Of a stretch of DNA of 45,829 bases, positions 16,615 to 27,737 are shown one piece after another (within the stretch, counting starts at the first letter, position 1; each line of letters starts with the position of its first letter). The translations under genes were made by a program, and so were the position numbers. The notes beneath the pieces are model-generated. The model was not told where the DNA came from. It searched no databases and saw only the letters and a program-made list of their open reading frames with translations. Origin of the DNA: a virus (taxonomy: Duplodnaviria > Caudoviricetes); the IMG/VR virus record IMGVR_UViG_3300026187_000027, positions 1-45,829 of that record; one strand, written 5' to 3'.

Positions 16615-17157
16615 TTATTTTTTCGTTAATTTAGTCTTTGAACCAACAAAGACGCCAAATTTGTCCATAGGCAATTCATCACCATTGGTGATACGCTCAC
16701 GGGCAAATGCTTTTAGGGTCATAGGTTCGACCCAAACCTTTTGCTGAACTGGTAATCCCAGTTCTGAAACTTTATTTTTAAAATCTTCTGCTTTATCATC
16801 TTCTCCACGACCAAAAGATGCGGACAATTGATTTTTAATTAAATCACCATGTCCGTGGTCCCTGAGCCAATCAAAAGCTTCCTCTTTATATTTAGCAGGT
16901 ATCGATGCATAAATTGCAGGTACCACTTCTAATTTAGATCCGTCTTTTAATGAGATACTTGTTAAATTCATTTCGTTCATTTTTTCAGGAATTACTTCCT
17001 CACTTATTTTTCTAGCATCTTCTTTTATTTTTTTTAATGCCTTTTCTAACACAGACGCTTCGTCTTCTAAATCAACAAGCTTTTGCGATAACTCACTAAT
17101 ATCTTTTAATGCATCATCTTTGACATCTATGTTAACATCTTTTTCAAAATCAATCAT
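16615..17157 (-). CDS. Conserved replication-module protein (start reassigned to MIDFEKD)
   Basis: Coiled coil, then AFDWLRDHGHGDLIKN...VEPMTLKAF; AAGGAG SD. Confidence 0.8.
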   Translation of the reverse strand: MIDFEKDVNIDVKDDALKDISELSQKLVDLEDEASVLEKALKKIKEDARKISEEVIPEKMNEMNLTSISLKDGSKLEVVPAIYASIPAKYKEEAFDWLRDHGHGDLIKNQLSASFGRGEDDKAEDFKNKVSELGLPVQQKVWVEPMTLKAFARERITNGDELPMDKFGVFVGSKTKLTKK

Positions 17158-17476
17158 CGATTTCTCCTTTCTCAAATAAATTAAACTTTACAGGATAATA
17201 ACGGTTTTCCATTCTATCCCATTTTAAACATTGTATTCTACCACGATTCATTTCTGATGCAATAGCACATGCAATGCCCATCGCAACGGGATCACCCATA
17301 AGTAAAAGATAATCATCGTCACTAAAATCTTTCAATTTTCTTTTCAATTTATTTACAGTAGGTTGAGAACTTAAAACTAATTGTGTGCCTTTTGGCAACA
17401 GTAATTCTAACTTACCATAATTTTCAGCACTAAGAATATTTCTTCCTGGTACTTCTTGAACTACAAAAACTGTCAT
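17150..17476 (-). CDS. Conserved hypothetical protein (108 aa)
   Basis: VFVVQE...DYLLLMGDP...LKWDR...YYPV; first gene of the leftward replication operon. Confidence 0.8.
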   Translation of the reverse strand: MTVFVVQEVPGRNILSAENYGKLELLLPKGTQLVLSSQPTVNKLKRKLKDFSDDDYLLLMGDPVAMGIACAIASEMNRGRIQCLKWDRMENRYYPVKFNLFEKGEIDD

Positions 17477-17556
17477 CTTTCTAATCTGCTAAATAATACT
17501 TGTATTCATATTAATCAAGCATTATATCTTAAATTAGAAATAATAATAGGATAACA

Positions 17557-18990
17557 ATGGATTATAAGTTTAAAACAGAGCCATATGAGCATCAATTAAA
17601 AGCTTTAGGAGCTTCACATAACAAAGAAAACTTTGCTTTTTTTATGGAAATGGGAACAGGTAAGTCAAAAGTATTAATAGATAATATTGCCATGCTGCAT
17701 GATAAAGGTAAAATTAATAGTGCATTAATTGTAGCTCCAAAAGGTGTGTATAGAAACTGGGAAAGACAAGAAATACCCACACATATGCCAGAGCATGTGG
17801 ATTATTCTGTATTAGTTTGGAATCCTAGTTCAACAAGTTTCTTAAAAGAATACGCTAAGTTCTTGAAAAATGACGATAAATTAAAAATATTTCTTATCAA
17901 TATAGATGCTTTTAGTACAGCTAGAGGAACTGAAATTGCTAAAAGATTTTTAGTAGCTACACAATGCTTAATGGCTATTGATGAATCAACAACTGTTAAA
18001 ACACCTACAGCTAAAAGAACAAAGACTATTTGTAAAATGCGTACACTTGCAAAATATAGACGTATACTTACAGGTTCACCCGTAACAAAAAGTCCATTAG
18101 ATCTATATACACAGTGTTATTTTTTAGACCCAGAACTTTTAGGTTTCGCATCTTATTATACTTTTAAAAATAGATATGCTGTTATGGTTAGTCGTAGTGT
18201 AGCAACTCATAGCTTTAAACAAATTATAGATTATCAACGTCTTGATGAACTTGAACATAAACTTAATCAATTTTCTTACAGAGTTTTAAAATCTGAGTGT
18301 TTAGATTTACCAGAGAAAGTTTACACAAAACGTTATATTGAAATGACACCTGAACAGAAAAAAATGTATATTGAGATGAAAAATTTTGCTTTATCAATTT
18401 TAGAAAGAGAAACAATTACAGCGGCAGGTGTGTTAACACAAATGATTAAGTTACATCAAATAACTTGTGGTCACGTGAAGACAGATGATGGTAAATTAAT
18501 TGAACTTAAAAATAATAGATTAAATGAACTTTTAAATGTAATGGAGGAAATAGATGGAAAAGTCATTATATGGGCGGTTTATCGATATGATATTCAGCAA
18601 ATTGAAAAAGCACTTTCAAAAAAATACGGACCTGACAGTGTTCGGTCTTTTTACGGGGACACTGATGCTAATGATCGTCAAGATATTGTTAGTTCCTTTC
18701 AAGATCCGAAATCTGATTTACGCTTTTTTGTTGGAAATCCGAGAACAGGTGGCTTCGGGCTCACTCTTACTGCTAGTCATACTGTTGTGTATTATAGCAA
18801 CTCTTACGATTTAGAAATTCGTATGCAATCAGAAGATAGAGCTCATCGTATTGGACAGAAAGAAAAAGTTACATACATCGACTTTATTGCTGAAAAAACT
18901 GTAGATGAAAAAATAATTAAATCACTTCGTAATAAAATTAATATTGCAACAAAAGTATTAGGTGAAGATTTTAAAGAGTGGTTAATCTAA
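17557..18990 (+). CDS. SNF2-family SF2 helicase
   Basis: EMGTGKS, DES, LTGSP, GFGLTLT, QSEDRAHRIGQ. Confidence 0.93.
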   Translation: MDYKFKTEPYEHQLKALGASHNKENFAFFMEMGTGKSKVLIDNIAMLHDKGKINSALIVAPKGVYRNWERQEIPTHMPEHVDYSVLVWNPSSTSFLKEYAKFLKNDDKLKIFLINIDAFSTARGTEIAKRFLVATQCLMAIDESTTVKTPTAKRTKTICKMRTLAKYRRILTGSPVTKSPLDLYTQCYFLDPELLGFASYYTFKNRYAVMVSRSVATHSFKQIIDYQRLDELEHKLNQFSYRVLKSECLDLPEKVYTKRYIEMTPEQKKMYIEMKNFALSILERETITAAGVLTQMIKLHQITCGHVKTDDGKLIELKNNRLNELLNVMEEIDGKVIIWAVYRYDIQQIEKALSKKYGPDSVRSFYGDTDANDRQDIVSSFQDPKSDLRFFVGNPRTGGFGLTLTASHTVVYYSNSYDLEIRMQSEDRAHRIGQKEKVTYIDFIAEKTVDEKIIKSLRNKINIATKVLGEDFKEWLI

Positions 18991-19274
18991 GCGTAAACTA
19001 TTTTACCCTTATTATCTACATACACTAATTGTACTTTTAATTTTTTTTGAAAGACAGAAAGTGTTCTTCTTATGTAATCGTTTTTTTGTCTACCTGATTG
19101 TCGTATTGATTTTGTTTTAACATCAAATAACTTTATTGTTCCTTTTTCTGATATAGCTATTAAATCTACGGGACATTGTCTATGGTGTGGAGAAAAAACC
19201 CAGAACCCCTTCTTGAGTAAATCACAAATTACTAAATGCTCGCTAAGTACGCCTTTAATCTGTTTTTTGTTCAT
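18987..19274 (-). CDS. Small PD-(D/E)XK endonuclease
   Basis: KGVLSE...PVDLIAI...FDVKT. Confidence 0.7.
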   Translation of the reverse strand: MNKKQIKGVLSEHLVICDLLKKGFWVFSPHHRQCPVDLIAISEKGTIKLFDVKTKSIRQSGRQKNDYIRRTLSVFQKKLKVQLVYVDNKGKIVYA

Positions 19275-19476
19275 TGATCAGAATCTCAATTTTAGTTTCT
19301 AACCTAATCAGTCTCTCTTTTATTTCAGGTATTGTTTCTAAAATAGCACTTTCCATCATTATTTGTTTTGTTTCGAGGGCCGTGACACGTTGAGTAAGCA
19401 TACCGTATACCATTCCTGCAGATACAAGTATCATGGCAAACCAAACGACGTTACGTAAATTAAAATCTTTTTCCAT
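19255..19476 (-). CDS. Single-TM membrane protein with coiled coil (holin-like candidate)
   Basis: VVWFAMILVSAGMVYGML, then heptad repeats; near the end of the late operon. Confidence 0.55.
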   Translation of the reverse strand: MEKDFNLRNVVWFAMILVSAGMVYGMLTQRVTALETKQIMMESAILETIPEIKERLIRLETKIEILINEQKTD

Positions 19477-20360
19477 TATTCGTCATCTCCAACACGAATT
19501 GATTCTATTAACTCTACTAAATTATCTATTGGTTCAGTTATTTTTTCTAAGGTACTGGTTGCTAAATCTCCACCCATATCTAAAGCATCTTGAGCTGGAT
19601 TTAAAATAAAGTCTAAATATTTTGCTGGAGTAAAAGCTTTTACAAGAGCTTCTAAACCACCTCCATAATCTCTAAACCCTTGTTCTTTTGTAAAGTCTAA
19701 TCCTGCTTGACCAAAGTTTGGTAATTCAGCTATTCCACCTTCAGGTAAATCTGATAAATTTACAGCTGCTTTATTGTCTCCAGTAACTAAAGAAAAAAGA
19801 TCTCCTAAAAACCCTTGACTTAACGCTGGGTTTACAAAGCTTGTTGGACCTGTTCTTCTTAAACCTTCAACAGCACTTTGACTTATTGGTAATGCCCCTC
19901 TCATTCTGTCATTATCACCTTGAAACATTTTATTTACTAAAAGTTGATAAACGTTTCTTTGTTCGTTTGGATCTGTAGTAAAAGCGCCTAAACCAACTAA
20001 AGGCTTTTTTATGTAATTTAAAATATCTCTATTTAAAATACCTTGACCGCCCTTTCCTTGATTTTGATTAGCTTCGTTAAGTGCGTTTATTAATGCAAAA
20101 GCATCGTCTTGAGTTTTGACATCATCTAGAAGAGTATTTCTTTCTCGTTCAATTAAAAAAGAATCATCTCCATCTTGTGGTTCTTGGTTTACTGCTATTT
20201 TATCTTGAAAAATTTCGGGTACGCCTCCTTGAGAACTTTGTACACCTCTTCTAAAAGATTCTGTTTCTTCAGGTGATGATGATTTATACTGACTAGATCC
20301 ACTTGAACCTGCAATGTATGCACCTCTTCGATCATCTCCTGCTCCAAACCTTGCAACCAT
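19476..20360 (-). CDS. Putative internal virion protein (294 aa)
   Basis: Position after the large ejection proteins; G/Q/D-rich. Confidence 0.55.
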   Translation of the reverse strand: MVARFGAGDDRRGAYIAGSSGSSQYKSSSPEETESFRRGVQSSQGGVPEIFQDKIAVNQEPQDGDDSFLIERERNTLLDDVKTQDDAFALINALNEANQNQGKGGQGILNRDILNYIKKPLVGLGAFTTDPNEQRNVYQLLVNKMFQGDNDRMRGALPISQSAVEGLRRTGPTSFVNPALSQGFLGDLFSLVTGDNKAAVNLSDLPEGGIAELPNFGQAGLDFTKEQGFRDYGGGLEALVKAFTPAKYLDFILNPAQDALDMGGDLATSTLEKITEPIDNLVELIESIRVGDDE

Positions 20361-23300
20361 TACGCTACTCTCTGCCTTCCTACATTTGTTGACATGATAC
20401 CACTAAATACTGGATCATCTTGACCAAATACAGATTGACCTGCAGCCATTGTGTTTGGATTAATTACATTTGCTTGTGATAAAGTTGAATTGTTTGCGAT
20501 AGGTACTTGTGAATTTACTGTTGGTAGATCAGGACCTTTACCCATGGAATCAAGTGTTGGTAAAGTTGAACTTAAAGGATCTACTTGTGATTCACCAAAC
20601 GGCCTATATTCACTCATAGATGATGGAACTATTTGAGGTACAGTTGCAGAATTTATTGGATCTCCACCTGTGCCTACTACTCCAAATTCATCTGCTAATC
20701 TATCATATGCCGATAGAACTGAAGCAAATTTAATATTATCAAAAATAGTTAAGTTGTGATCAATTAAATTTTTTGTGTTTGCTTGTTTAGCTAATATTCT
20801 TGCTAAGACTTCGTTTTTAAAAGTTGTTATACCAAATTCTACCAATAAGCCTGGGTTTAGTACAGACTCTCTTAAAAGTGACCTTTGAGAAGCACCCGCT
20901 ATTGCACCACCTACATCGCCACCTTCAAGTAATCTACTTATGTATATTTTGTAATCAGTTAAGTTTTTAATAGATTTTTCATCAAAAAATTTTAAATAAT
21001 TTTTATTTTTTAGAAGTTTATCTATTTCATTATTTAATGTTTTAAAATTTATTACATCTCCAACATCTCCTGTTTTAGCTGTGTCTACTGACTTATTTAA
21101 AATATTTTCAATTATACCTGCTCTTGCCGATATTACAAAATTTTCACCACCATTATTTATTAAAGTTTCAAGTACCTTATCAGTTCCTATTTTTTTACTA
21201 TTAGCCTCTTTAATAGCTGCTTGTATAACTTCAAAATCTGTTCCTTGTTTTTCTAAAGCTTTTGTAAAAATGCTATTATTCATTAATTGTTCAAACTGAG
21301 AGATTTGTTTTAATTGTTCTATTTTTGCTTCAGAACCTTCTCCTAAGTAATATTTTAATGTATCAGGATCTTTAGCAAGCCAACCTTTTAATTTATCTCC
21401 TAAAACACTTGGATCTTTAATTAAATGTTGAACAAAAAGCTTTTTTAAATTTGTTTCAAATAAAATTGCATCTTTAGATGGTTCTTCATCAAAACCTCGA
21501 ATTAATTTTTGCAAAACGACTCCTTTAATTCCTTGATCAGGATTAAAAATCATTTCTGTTAAGTCATCTAAGGATTCTGTTTTTTGCATTAACTTTTTAA
21601 CAAATCCATAATTCATTACAGATTCAAAATCGTTTAAATTATTATTTATTAATTTTAAATTACTTAAAAATTCTGGAGAACCGTCAATATAATTTGCACT
21701 TTTATTAAATGATGGATCCATCATTCGTTTAACACTATTTAATACTTTTAATCCTATAGCCTTATCATAAGCGTTATCACTTTTTGAAAGATTATATGCT
21801 TTGTTTCTTATAGTTAAAAAAGCATCAAACGTTCTTTCAAAATTAGCTTGATTAGGTTTAATACCTCTTACAAAATCTCCAAAATTGTTTGCATTTATTG
21901 GTAAATTTTCAACTATGTTAACTAATTCTTGAGCTTCTTTACTAGCATCCTTTGAAATATTAAATTTAGGTATTTCAAATTTTTGTGTTTTTTTATTAAA
22001 TATAGGAGTTTTATTTATAGTTTGGTTTATTGTGTTTATTTCATTTGATAAATTATTTTTTAATAAACTAAAATTTATTTGCGTTGGATTACCTGAGCCA
22101 TCAGCATTTTTTTTTGTAAACTTTATTGTGTTTTGTTGTAATTTTTTTGTTAATTGATTCTGATTTAAAACATAGAAGTCAGTTAAATCATTAAAAAACT
22201 GTTCGTAAGATGATGCAGTTTTTTGATCAGGAAAAAACTGTAAAAGTTTCGCCATCTCACCTTCAAGATTTTTACTTATTTCAAGTAAGTCTAAAGGTTC
22301 CATGTCCCCTTGAGACTCTTTAAATTTTTTTAAACTATTTAATACCTCATCGGATTGTTGTCTTAAAGCTTGTTCAACAGTAGCGGTGAACTCACCTGCT
22401 TGATAAAATGATTTTCTTATTGCAGGGTTTGCAATTAATTGAGCTATAAGCAATGGTGGTAAATTTAATCTTTCAGCAGCTTCATTTAATTTTTCAGCTC
22501 CTTCGATATTTAACATTCTTTTACCTTGTAACCTTTTCATTAAAAGATCACCGGCTCCAAATATTACCGAGGATATCGCAGCATCAAATGCATCATCACC
22601 ATCTAAAAAAACATCATTAAAAAAACTTAATCTTTCAATTACTGCATCATTATATTCATCTTCTCCGTACCCTCTTAAACTTTCAACGTTTTCTCTTAAC
22701 TCTATCCCCGTTCTTGCTCCTCCAAAAGTAGCTGCCATTTTTGCTGTCAATCCTTTTTTATTAACGGCTAAAAATCCTAATGATTCTAATAAGGATTGTT
22801 CATCAATCATAGTTCCCATGATGCTTGGTATGTCACCTTTGTCAAAACCTTGAAAATTTAAAAATCTAAAATCCTTATCATCAGCATTTTTTTTAAATAG
22901 TTCTACATACTTTGTTTCTTCTGGACCCATTGGAACCATAAGTTGAACATATTCTCCTTCTGGAAATGCTTTTAAAAATTTCTTTTTTCTTGTTATAAAA
23001 TCACTACTTCTTGCCATGTCTGATTTTACATCATATTCCGCAGTGAAAGGTAGTGATGCTCCTAATGCGCTAGTTGAGTCAATTGTTGCTCCCAACATAC
23101 TTTCCATATATTTTACTTGATTATCAAAAGCCTCTTTTTCCGCTGCAACAATTAACTTATTTGATTCACTTTGTTTTGTTTTTATTCCAAGGACTGATTC
23201 AGAAAATTCTGAAAAAGGAAAAGGACTTGAAGGAAGCTCAGACACTTCTTCTTTAATATCTTCTTTTTCTTTATCTGATACTGAAAGAAATTCTGGGATA

Positions 23301-23368
23301 TTTGTAAGTTTATTTAATTCATCTGTAGGTACTATTTGTTCTACAACTTTTGTATTTTTATTAGCCAT
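20360..23368 (-). CDS. Large internal virion / DNA ejection protein (1002 aa)
   Basis: Helical; last and largest of the ejection-protein series typical of podoviruses. Confidence 0.65.
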   Translation of the reverse strand: MANKNTKVVEQIVPTDELNKLTNIPEFLSVSDKEKEDIKEEVSELPSSPFPFSEFSESVLGIKTKQSESNKLIVAAEKEAFDNQVKYMESMLGATIDSTSALGASLPFTAEYDVKSDMARSSDFITRKKKFLKAFPEGEYVQLMVPMGPEETKYVELFKKNADDKDFRFLNFQGFDKGDIPSIMGTMIDEQSLLESLGFLAVNKKGLTAKMAATFGGARTGIELRENVESLRGYGEDEYNDAVIERLSFFNDVFLDGDDAFDAAISSVIFGAGDLLMKRLQGKRMLNIEGAEKLNEAAERLNLPPLLIAQLIANPAIRKSFYQAGEFTATVEQALRQQSDEVLNSLKKFKESQGDMEPLDLLEISKNLEGEMAKLLQFFPDQKTASSYEQFFNDLTDFYVLNQNQLTKKLQQNTIKFTKKNADGSGNPTQINFSLLKNNLSNEINTINQTINKTPIFNKKTQKFEIPKFNISKDASKEAQELVNIVENLPINANNFGDFVRGIKPNQANFERTFDAFLTIRNKAYNLSKSDNAYDKAIGLKVLNSVKRMMDPSFNKSANYIDGSPEFLSNLKLINNNLNDFESVMNYGFVKKLMQKTESLDDLTEMIFNPDQGIKGVVLQKLIRGFDEEPSKDAILFETNLKKLFVQHLIKDPSVLGDKLKGWLAKDPDTLKYYLGEGSEAKIEQLKQISQFEQLMNNSIFTKALEKQGTDFEVIQAAIKEANSKKIGTDKVLETLINNGGENFVISARAGIIENILNKSVDTAKTGDVGDVINFKTLNNEIDKLLKNKNYLKFFDEKSIKNLTDYKIYISRLLEGGDVGGAIAGASQRSLLRESVLNPGLLVEFGITTFKNEVLARILAKQANTKNLIDHNLTIFDNIKFASVLSAYDRLADEFGVVGTGGDPINSATVPQIVPSSMSEYRPFGESQVDPLSSTLPTLDSMGKGPDLPTVNSQVPIANNSTLSQANVINPNTMAAGQSVFGQDDPVFSGIMSTNVGRQRVA

Positions 23369-25752
23369 TACATTAATTGATTTTGTTGAATTAAATAAAT
23401 AGTAGAAGTTTTATCGGCTCTCATCTCACCTAAATTAATAGAATAAATAGGTGAATTAGGTTCAAAATCAGCAACTTTATTACCATTCACTGGATTTACA
23501 AATACTCCATCTGTATTAGCATAACCTAAGAATTTAATTTGACCATTTTGATTTAATTCATTTACCTTACCAACGTTTTTATCGTTTATAAATATATCTC
23601 TTTGTGATTTATTTAATTTTTCTGTTGAAGCAAGATCACCAACACCTTGTAGTATTTCTAATCCTTCTTTATATTCATCTGACAATTTGTAGTCATTGTA
23701 AGCTTTTTGTTGTATATTTAAAATTTTAACAGCACCGTCAGCTAAATTTAATGATTCTCCGTTAACAGTTCCTTTGGTAAATAATTCTGTCATTAGATTG
23801 CCTGCTTCTTGTTTAATTTTTGCGTCCGCTATATTCATATTAATGATAAAGCGTTGTGACTCAGGATGAAAAAATACAGCGCCGTTAGATTGTGCAATAG
23901 CTTCAAACTCTTTCGTGTTTAAGTTTCCTGGTATAGCGCCACCTGATGCTGTGTCTAATGTAGCTCTGTTTGATAATGCAATAGCAACATCAGTATTTGC
24001 TGCTTCACCACCTACAAATGCATCCAATGCTGTTTGAACGGTTGGAGGTAAGCCATTGTATAAGTTTGGAAACTGTGCTTTTAAATCTCCAAGATATTTT
24101 CTTGTATCAAAAAAGCTTTGCCCTGTTATAGCTTCATCTAATGTAGCTAATTGATTGTTGAAGTTTACTTCGCTCTCAGCTGCTAATAGACCGTCCTGTA
24201 TTGCGTTTTCAATTAAAGGTCGAGCATAATCTAATTTTGCTTCTAATTCTTTTTCAAATAAAAGTATTTCTTTTGCTTCACCCGGGCTTAGTACATTTCT
24301 TGCTCCAGTCAATACCTGTGCTATTTTTGCTGTTTTTTCATCGTCAGACATATCTGAATTTTTAATGAAATCAATTTTTTGCATAAATATTGGAGCATCT
24401 TGATTCTTAGGAGCAGTCATTGTATGAATTTTAGGATCAAAATCTTTTTCTTTAACTCTTAAACCTTGATCTATCATTATACCTTTATCTTTGTCTTCAA
24501 TTTTAGAATAAACGGTTATTGTGTCCTCCTTAACAGGATCACTTAAATTATGAATATTATAATCAATCTGATCAACAGGTATGAAAAGTTGATCACCCTT
24601 TTTAATTCCTTTTTCAGGATTATCTACTTTTGAATAAACAGTTTTTTTCTCTACTTTTGCTGGTTCTTTTGGTGCCGCTATATTATGTAATTTTGCATCA
24701 AAAGCACTTCTTAAAATTGGAACTTGTTGACCAGCAACAATGCCTTCATTTGCGTTATCAGATTTGTAATAAACATTTATATATTCATCTTTTAATCCCT
24801 CTGCGGGTGCCTCTAAATTGTGTATAGATGAATCAAAGTCTGAACGAAGTATTGGTATTAGTTGACCTTTAGTTATTTTTTTATCTGAGTCATCTACTGT
24901 TGAATACACATTAATATATTCATCTCCTGGTGCTTTTGTTGGACCTTCTAAATTGTGTTTAGATGCATCAAATTCTGAACGTAGAATTGGTAATTTTTGA
25001 CCTTTAGTTATTTTTTTATCTGGGTCATCTACTGTTGAAAAAACATCTATGTAACTATCTTCTATTCCTTTAGGTGCATTTATCTGATGTATGGATGAAT
25101 CAAATTTTGAACGTAAAATTGGTATTTGTTGACCTATTTTTACATTATTGTCGGGGTCATCTATTGTTGAAAACACATTAATATATTCATCCTCTATAAC
25201 TTTAGGAGCCTCTAAATCATGAATTTTTGGATCAAATTGAGCTCTAAGAATTGGTAATTTTTGACCTTTAGATATTCCTAAGTCCGCAATGTCATTTTTT
25301 GCATAAACCTCAAGGTAATCAGGATCTGCTGGATCTGCTAACATTTTTTGAGCCGTAATATCAAAAAGTTTTGATGCTGCAATTTGTGCTGCTGGATCTT
25401 GATAAGGTTTTATATTTGCAAGAGCAGGAGCTGCTGCACTTAAATCTGTTAAAGTTCGTAAACCAATACTTTGATCAGGTCCATCTACACCTGGCCGTCC
25501 TCCTCTGGCTGACTCACCGAGTCGTGCAAAAAAATCAAATAACGCTGGTGCGTTTTGTGAAAAAAAACCTCTTTGTTCAGGAACAAGACCTTGAGCTAAA
25601 TCATATAGCTTTTGATATTCTTCACTGTCAGCATAAAGTCCTTTCTTTGCTTTCATTACAGGAACGAGTCCTGATGTAATACCCGTGCCACGTGAATTTA
25701 ACTTCATTCTTTCAGGCTGATTTACAAACATCTTTCTATTATAAATTGCCAT
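23368..25752 (-). CDS. Internal virion / ejection protein with 7 tandem ~44-aa repeats (794 aa)
   Basis: N-terminal NRKMF...GITSGL motif; operon context. Confidence 0.65.
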   Translation of the reverse strand: MAIYNRKMFVNQPERMKLNSRGTGITSGLVPVMKAKKGLYADSEEYQKLYDLAQGLVPEQRGFFSQNAPALFDFFARLGESARGGRPGVDGPDQSIGLRTLTDLSAAAPALANIKPYQDPAAQIAASKLFDITAQKMLADPADPDYLEVYAKNDIADLGISKGQKLPILRAQFDPKIHDLEAPKVIEDEYINVFSTIDDPDNNVKIGQQIPILRSKFDSSIHQINAPKGIEDSYIDVFSTVDDPDKKITKGQKLPILRSEFDASKHNLEGPTKAPGDEYINVYSTVDDSDKKITKGQLIPILRSDFDSSIHNLEAPAEGLKDEYINVYYKSDNANEGIVAGQQVPILRSAFDAKLHNIAAPKEPAKVEKKTVYSKVDNPEKGIKKGDQLFIPVDQIDYNIHNLSDPVKEDTITVYSKIEDKDKGIMIDQGLRVKEKDFDPKIHTMTAPKNQDAPIFMQKIDFIKNSDMSDDEKTAKIAQVLTGARNVLSPGEAKEILLFEKELEAKLDYARPLIENAIQDGLLAAESEVNFNNQLATLDEAITGQSFFDTRKYLGDLKAQFPNLYNGLPPTVQTALDAFVGGEAANTDVAIALSNRATLDTASGGAIPGNLNTKEFEAIAQSNGAVFFHPESQRFIINMNIADAKIKQEAGNLMTELFTKGTVNGESLNLADGAVKILNIQQKAYNDYKLSDEYKEGLEILQGVGDLASTEKLNKSQRDIFINDKNVGKVNELNQNGQIKFLGYANTDGVFVNPVNGNKVADFEPNSPIYSINLGEMRADKTSTIYLIQQNQLM
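24408..25322 (-). repeat. Seven in-frame ~132-bp repeats
   Basis: Consensus EYINVYSxxDxxDKxIxKGQxIPILRSxFDxxIHNLEAP. Confidence 0.85.
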
Positions 25753-26702
25753 TATCTATTAAAACTCCCGAACCCCTCTAATAATGTTCCGATACCTGTA
25801 CCTAGTGAACCAATACCACTTGCAAATTGTAAAAATGGATTTGATGGTGTAACTGGCATTTGTGAAATAGTTTGACCACCGAAAGGTAATCCAGCCAATA
25901 CATCTGTTCCAAAAGAAATTCGTTGGAAAGGTTCTTGTTGTTGTGCTGCAATATTTTGTCTTTGCGCTTCTAAACCAGCTTGTAGTAATTGTTGTTGCTG
26001 ACCCCCTACGCCGAGTAAGGTGCTTATATCTTGACCTAGCATTTGTTGACCTAATTGACCAATACCACCTTGTGTTCTTGCTAAATTTGCTAATTGTTGT
26101 CCTACAGATAGTTGTCTACGTTGTTGAGCTTCTTGTGCAGCTTGAGCTCCTGCTAAAGCTTGTTGATAGTTTCGTGATGCATCTTCAAATATACGTCGTG
26201 ATTTTATATCACCTAAATTTCTTTGTAATTCTGCTTCTTGTACCCCGTATCGTGAACCACCAAAAACACCACCTTTTACAGCTTGCCCTGCTAATTGATT
26301 TTGTGCCATGGCACCTTGTCTATCTATTTCTTTTAAAGCTTCTTGTGTTACAAATTGTTGATAGGGATCTCTAAATTGATCTATATTTTGTGTTGTTGGA
26401 ACAAATTGTTGAGTTGCTCCAGTTAATGCTTGACCTGCCGTTCCCGCTGTTTGTCCAGCTTGTGTCACATAAGGTTGAAAAGCTCCTATTCCCGCACCTG
26501 CTAAATCAAAAGCTGTTTGTTGTGGTTGCGTGAACCCTGCAACTTGTTGCATTGGTATATCACGTGGTTGATTAATTAAACCTTGTACGTAATCTGGGTC
26601 TCCTTCTTTACCTCTTCCAAATAATGTTAAGAGTAAATCTTTTTGACGTTCTTGTACATAATCTGGTGGTAGTTGTTGTTGTATTTGCGTTTGAGTAGCC
26701 AT
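25752..26702 (-). CDS. Gln/Gly/Ala-rich DNA ejection (pilot) protein (316 aa)
   Basis: QQVAGFT.PQ..A, F.DPYQQ.V and GGVFGGSR motifs; GxxxG-rich C-terminus. Confidence 0.7.
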   Translation of the reverse strand: MATQTQIQQQLPPDYVQERQKDLLLTLFGRGKEGDPDYVQGLINQPRDIPMQQVAGFTQPQQTAFDLAGAGIGAFQPYVTQAGQTAGTAGQALTGATQQFVPTTQNIDQFRDPYQQFVTQEALKEIDRQGAMAQNQLAGQAVKGGVFGGSRYGVQEAELQRNLGDIKSRRIFEDASRNYQQALAGAQAAQEAQQRRQLSVGQQLANLARTQGGIGQLGQQMLGQDISTLLGVGGQQQQLLQAGLEAQRQNIAAQQQEPFQRISFGTDVLAGLPFGGQTISQMPVTPSNPFLQFASGIGSLGTGIGTLLEGFGSFNR

Positions 26703-27625
26703 TATCCTTGTGCCTCCAATTGATCCATCATTTCATACATTTTTCTTGCACCTTCCATTCTGTCACCATTACCCGCGCCTTTCACAGCCTTAGCTGTCAT
26801 AACAAATTCACCGTCACTTAACATAGCAGGAATACTATCAGATGTACCTGTACCTGGTCCACTTATTTCTCCAGTCTTGCGAGGGAACTCTGAAGTTCCA
26901 CCTTGAGCCATCATCATAACATTTTCAATTCCTCTTAATTCGTTTGTTGGTTCTTGCATAAATCCTCCGTTCGCAGCATTTTGTACTAAGTTACCTTGCA
27001 TGTTGTAATAAGGACCAGCTATACCTCCACCTAATTGTAAATCTAATAATTGACCGGGTGTTAAATTTAATGATTGTGCTACATAATCAGATCCAGGAAA
27101 CTTACCATCAAATTCATTTTTTTGCTCAGGTGTATCAAATAATCCAAATGGAGATAATGCTGCACCTGTGATTGCACTTGCACCACCTAATCTTGATAAT
27201 AATTTTGTAGCATCTACCTTATCAACAATTTTTCCATCTGCACCTTCAACTTGTTTTGTAGGTAAAAACTTACCGCCACTTCCAAATAAACCGTCTTCTA
27301 CGCCACCCTTTTTACCTAATAAAAATTCTCCAAAACCACCTGCTCCAGTTTTTCCTGCACCAGTTAGAGCTTCTGCAAATTTACTATTACCAAAAAATGA
27401 TTTGTTTGCCCCTGTCATGTCAAACTTACCAAACTTCAATCCTGGACTTGCGTTCGCTAAAAACGCTGCTTGTGCTATTTCTCCAAATCCTGCGTCAGGA
27501 TCTGCTAAGGCACCAATTCCTGCAAACAACGGATTACCCGTCGCTAATGCGAGTACAGTACCCAAATATTTTTCAGAATCGCCAGGTAGCGCTTTCGCCA
27601 CCATTTTTCGTAATTTTTTAAGCAT
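26702..27625 (-). CDS. Internal virion protein (307 aa)
   Basis: GPGTGTSDSIPAMLSDGEFVMTAKAV motif, also known from tape-measure proteins; AxGG motifs. Confidence 0.7.
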   Translation of the reverse strand: MLKKLRKMVAKALPGDSEKYLGTVLALATGNPLFAGIGALADPDAGFGEIAQAAFLANASPGLKFGKFDMTGANKSFFGNSKFAEALTGAGKTGAGGFGEFLLGKKGGVEDGLFGSGGKFLPTKQVEGADGKIVDKVDATKLLSRLGGASAITGAALSPFGLFDTPEQKNEFDGKFPGSDYVAQSLNLTPGQLLDLQLGGGIAGPYYNMQGNLVQNAANGGFMQEPTNELRGIENVMMMAQGGTSEFPRKTGEISGPGTGTSDSIPAMLSDGEFVMTAKAVKGAGNGDRMEGARKMYEMMDQLEAQG

Positions 27626-27737
27626 AATCTCCTAGTGCAATTTATGTGATTGAAAAACGCAAGGAGGCCGCCCTTGATTATAAGCCTATTTAATTATATT
27701 ATTATAGGCAAATTTCATGTAATGTGCAATCAGAAAT

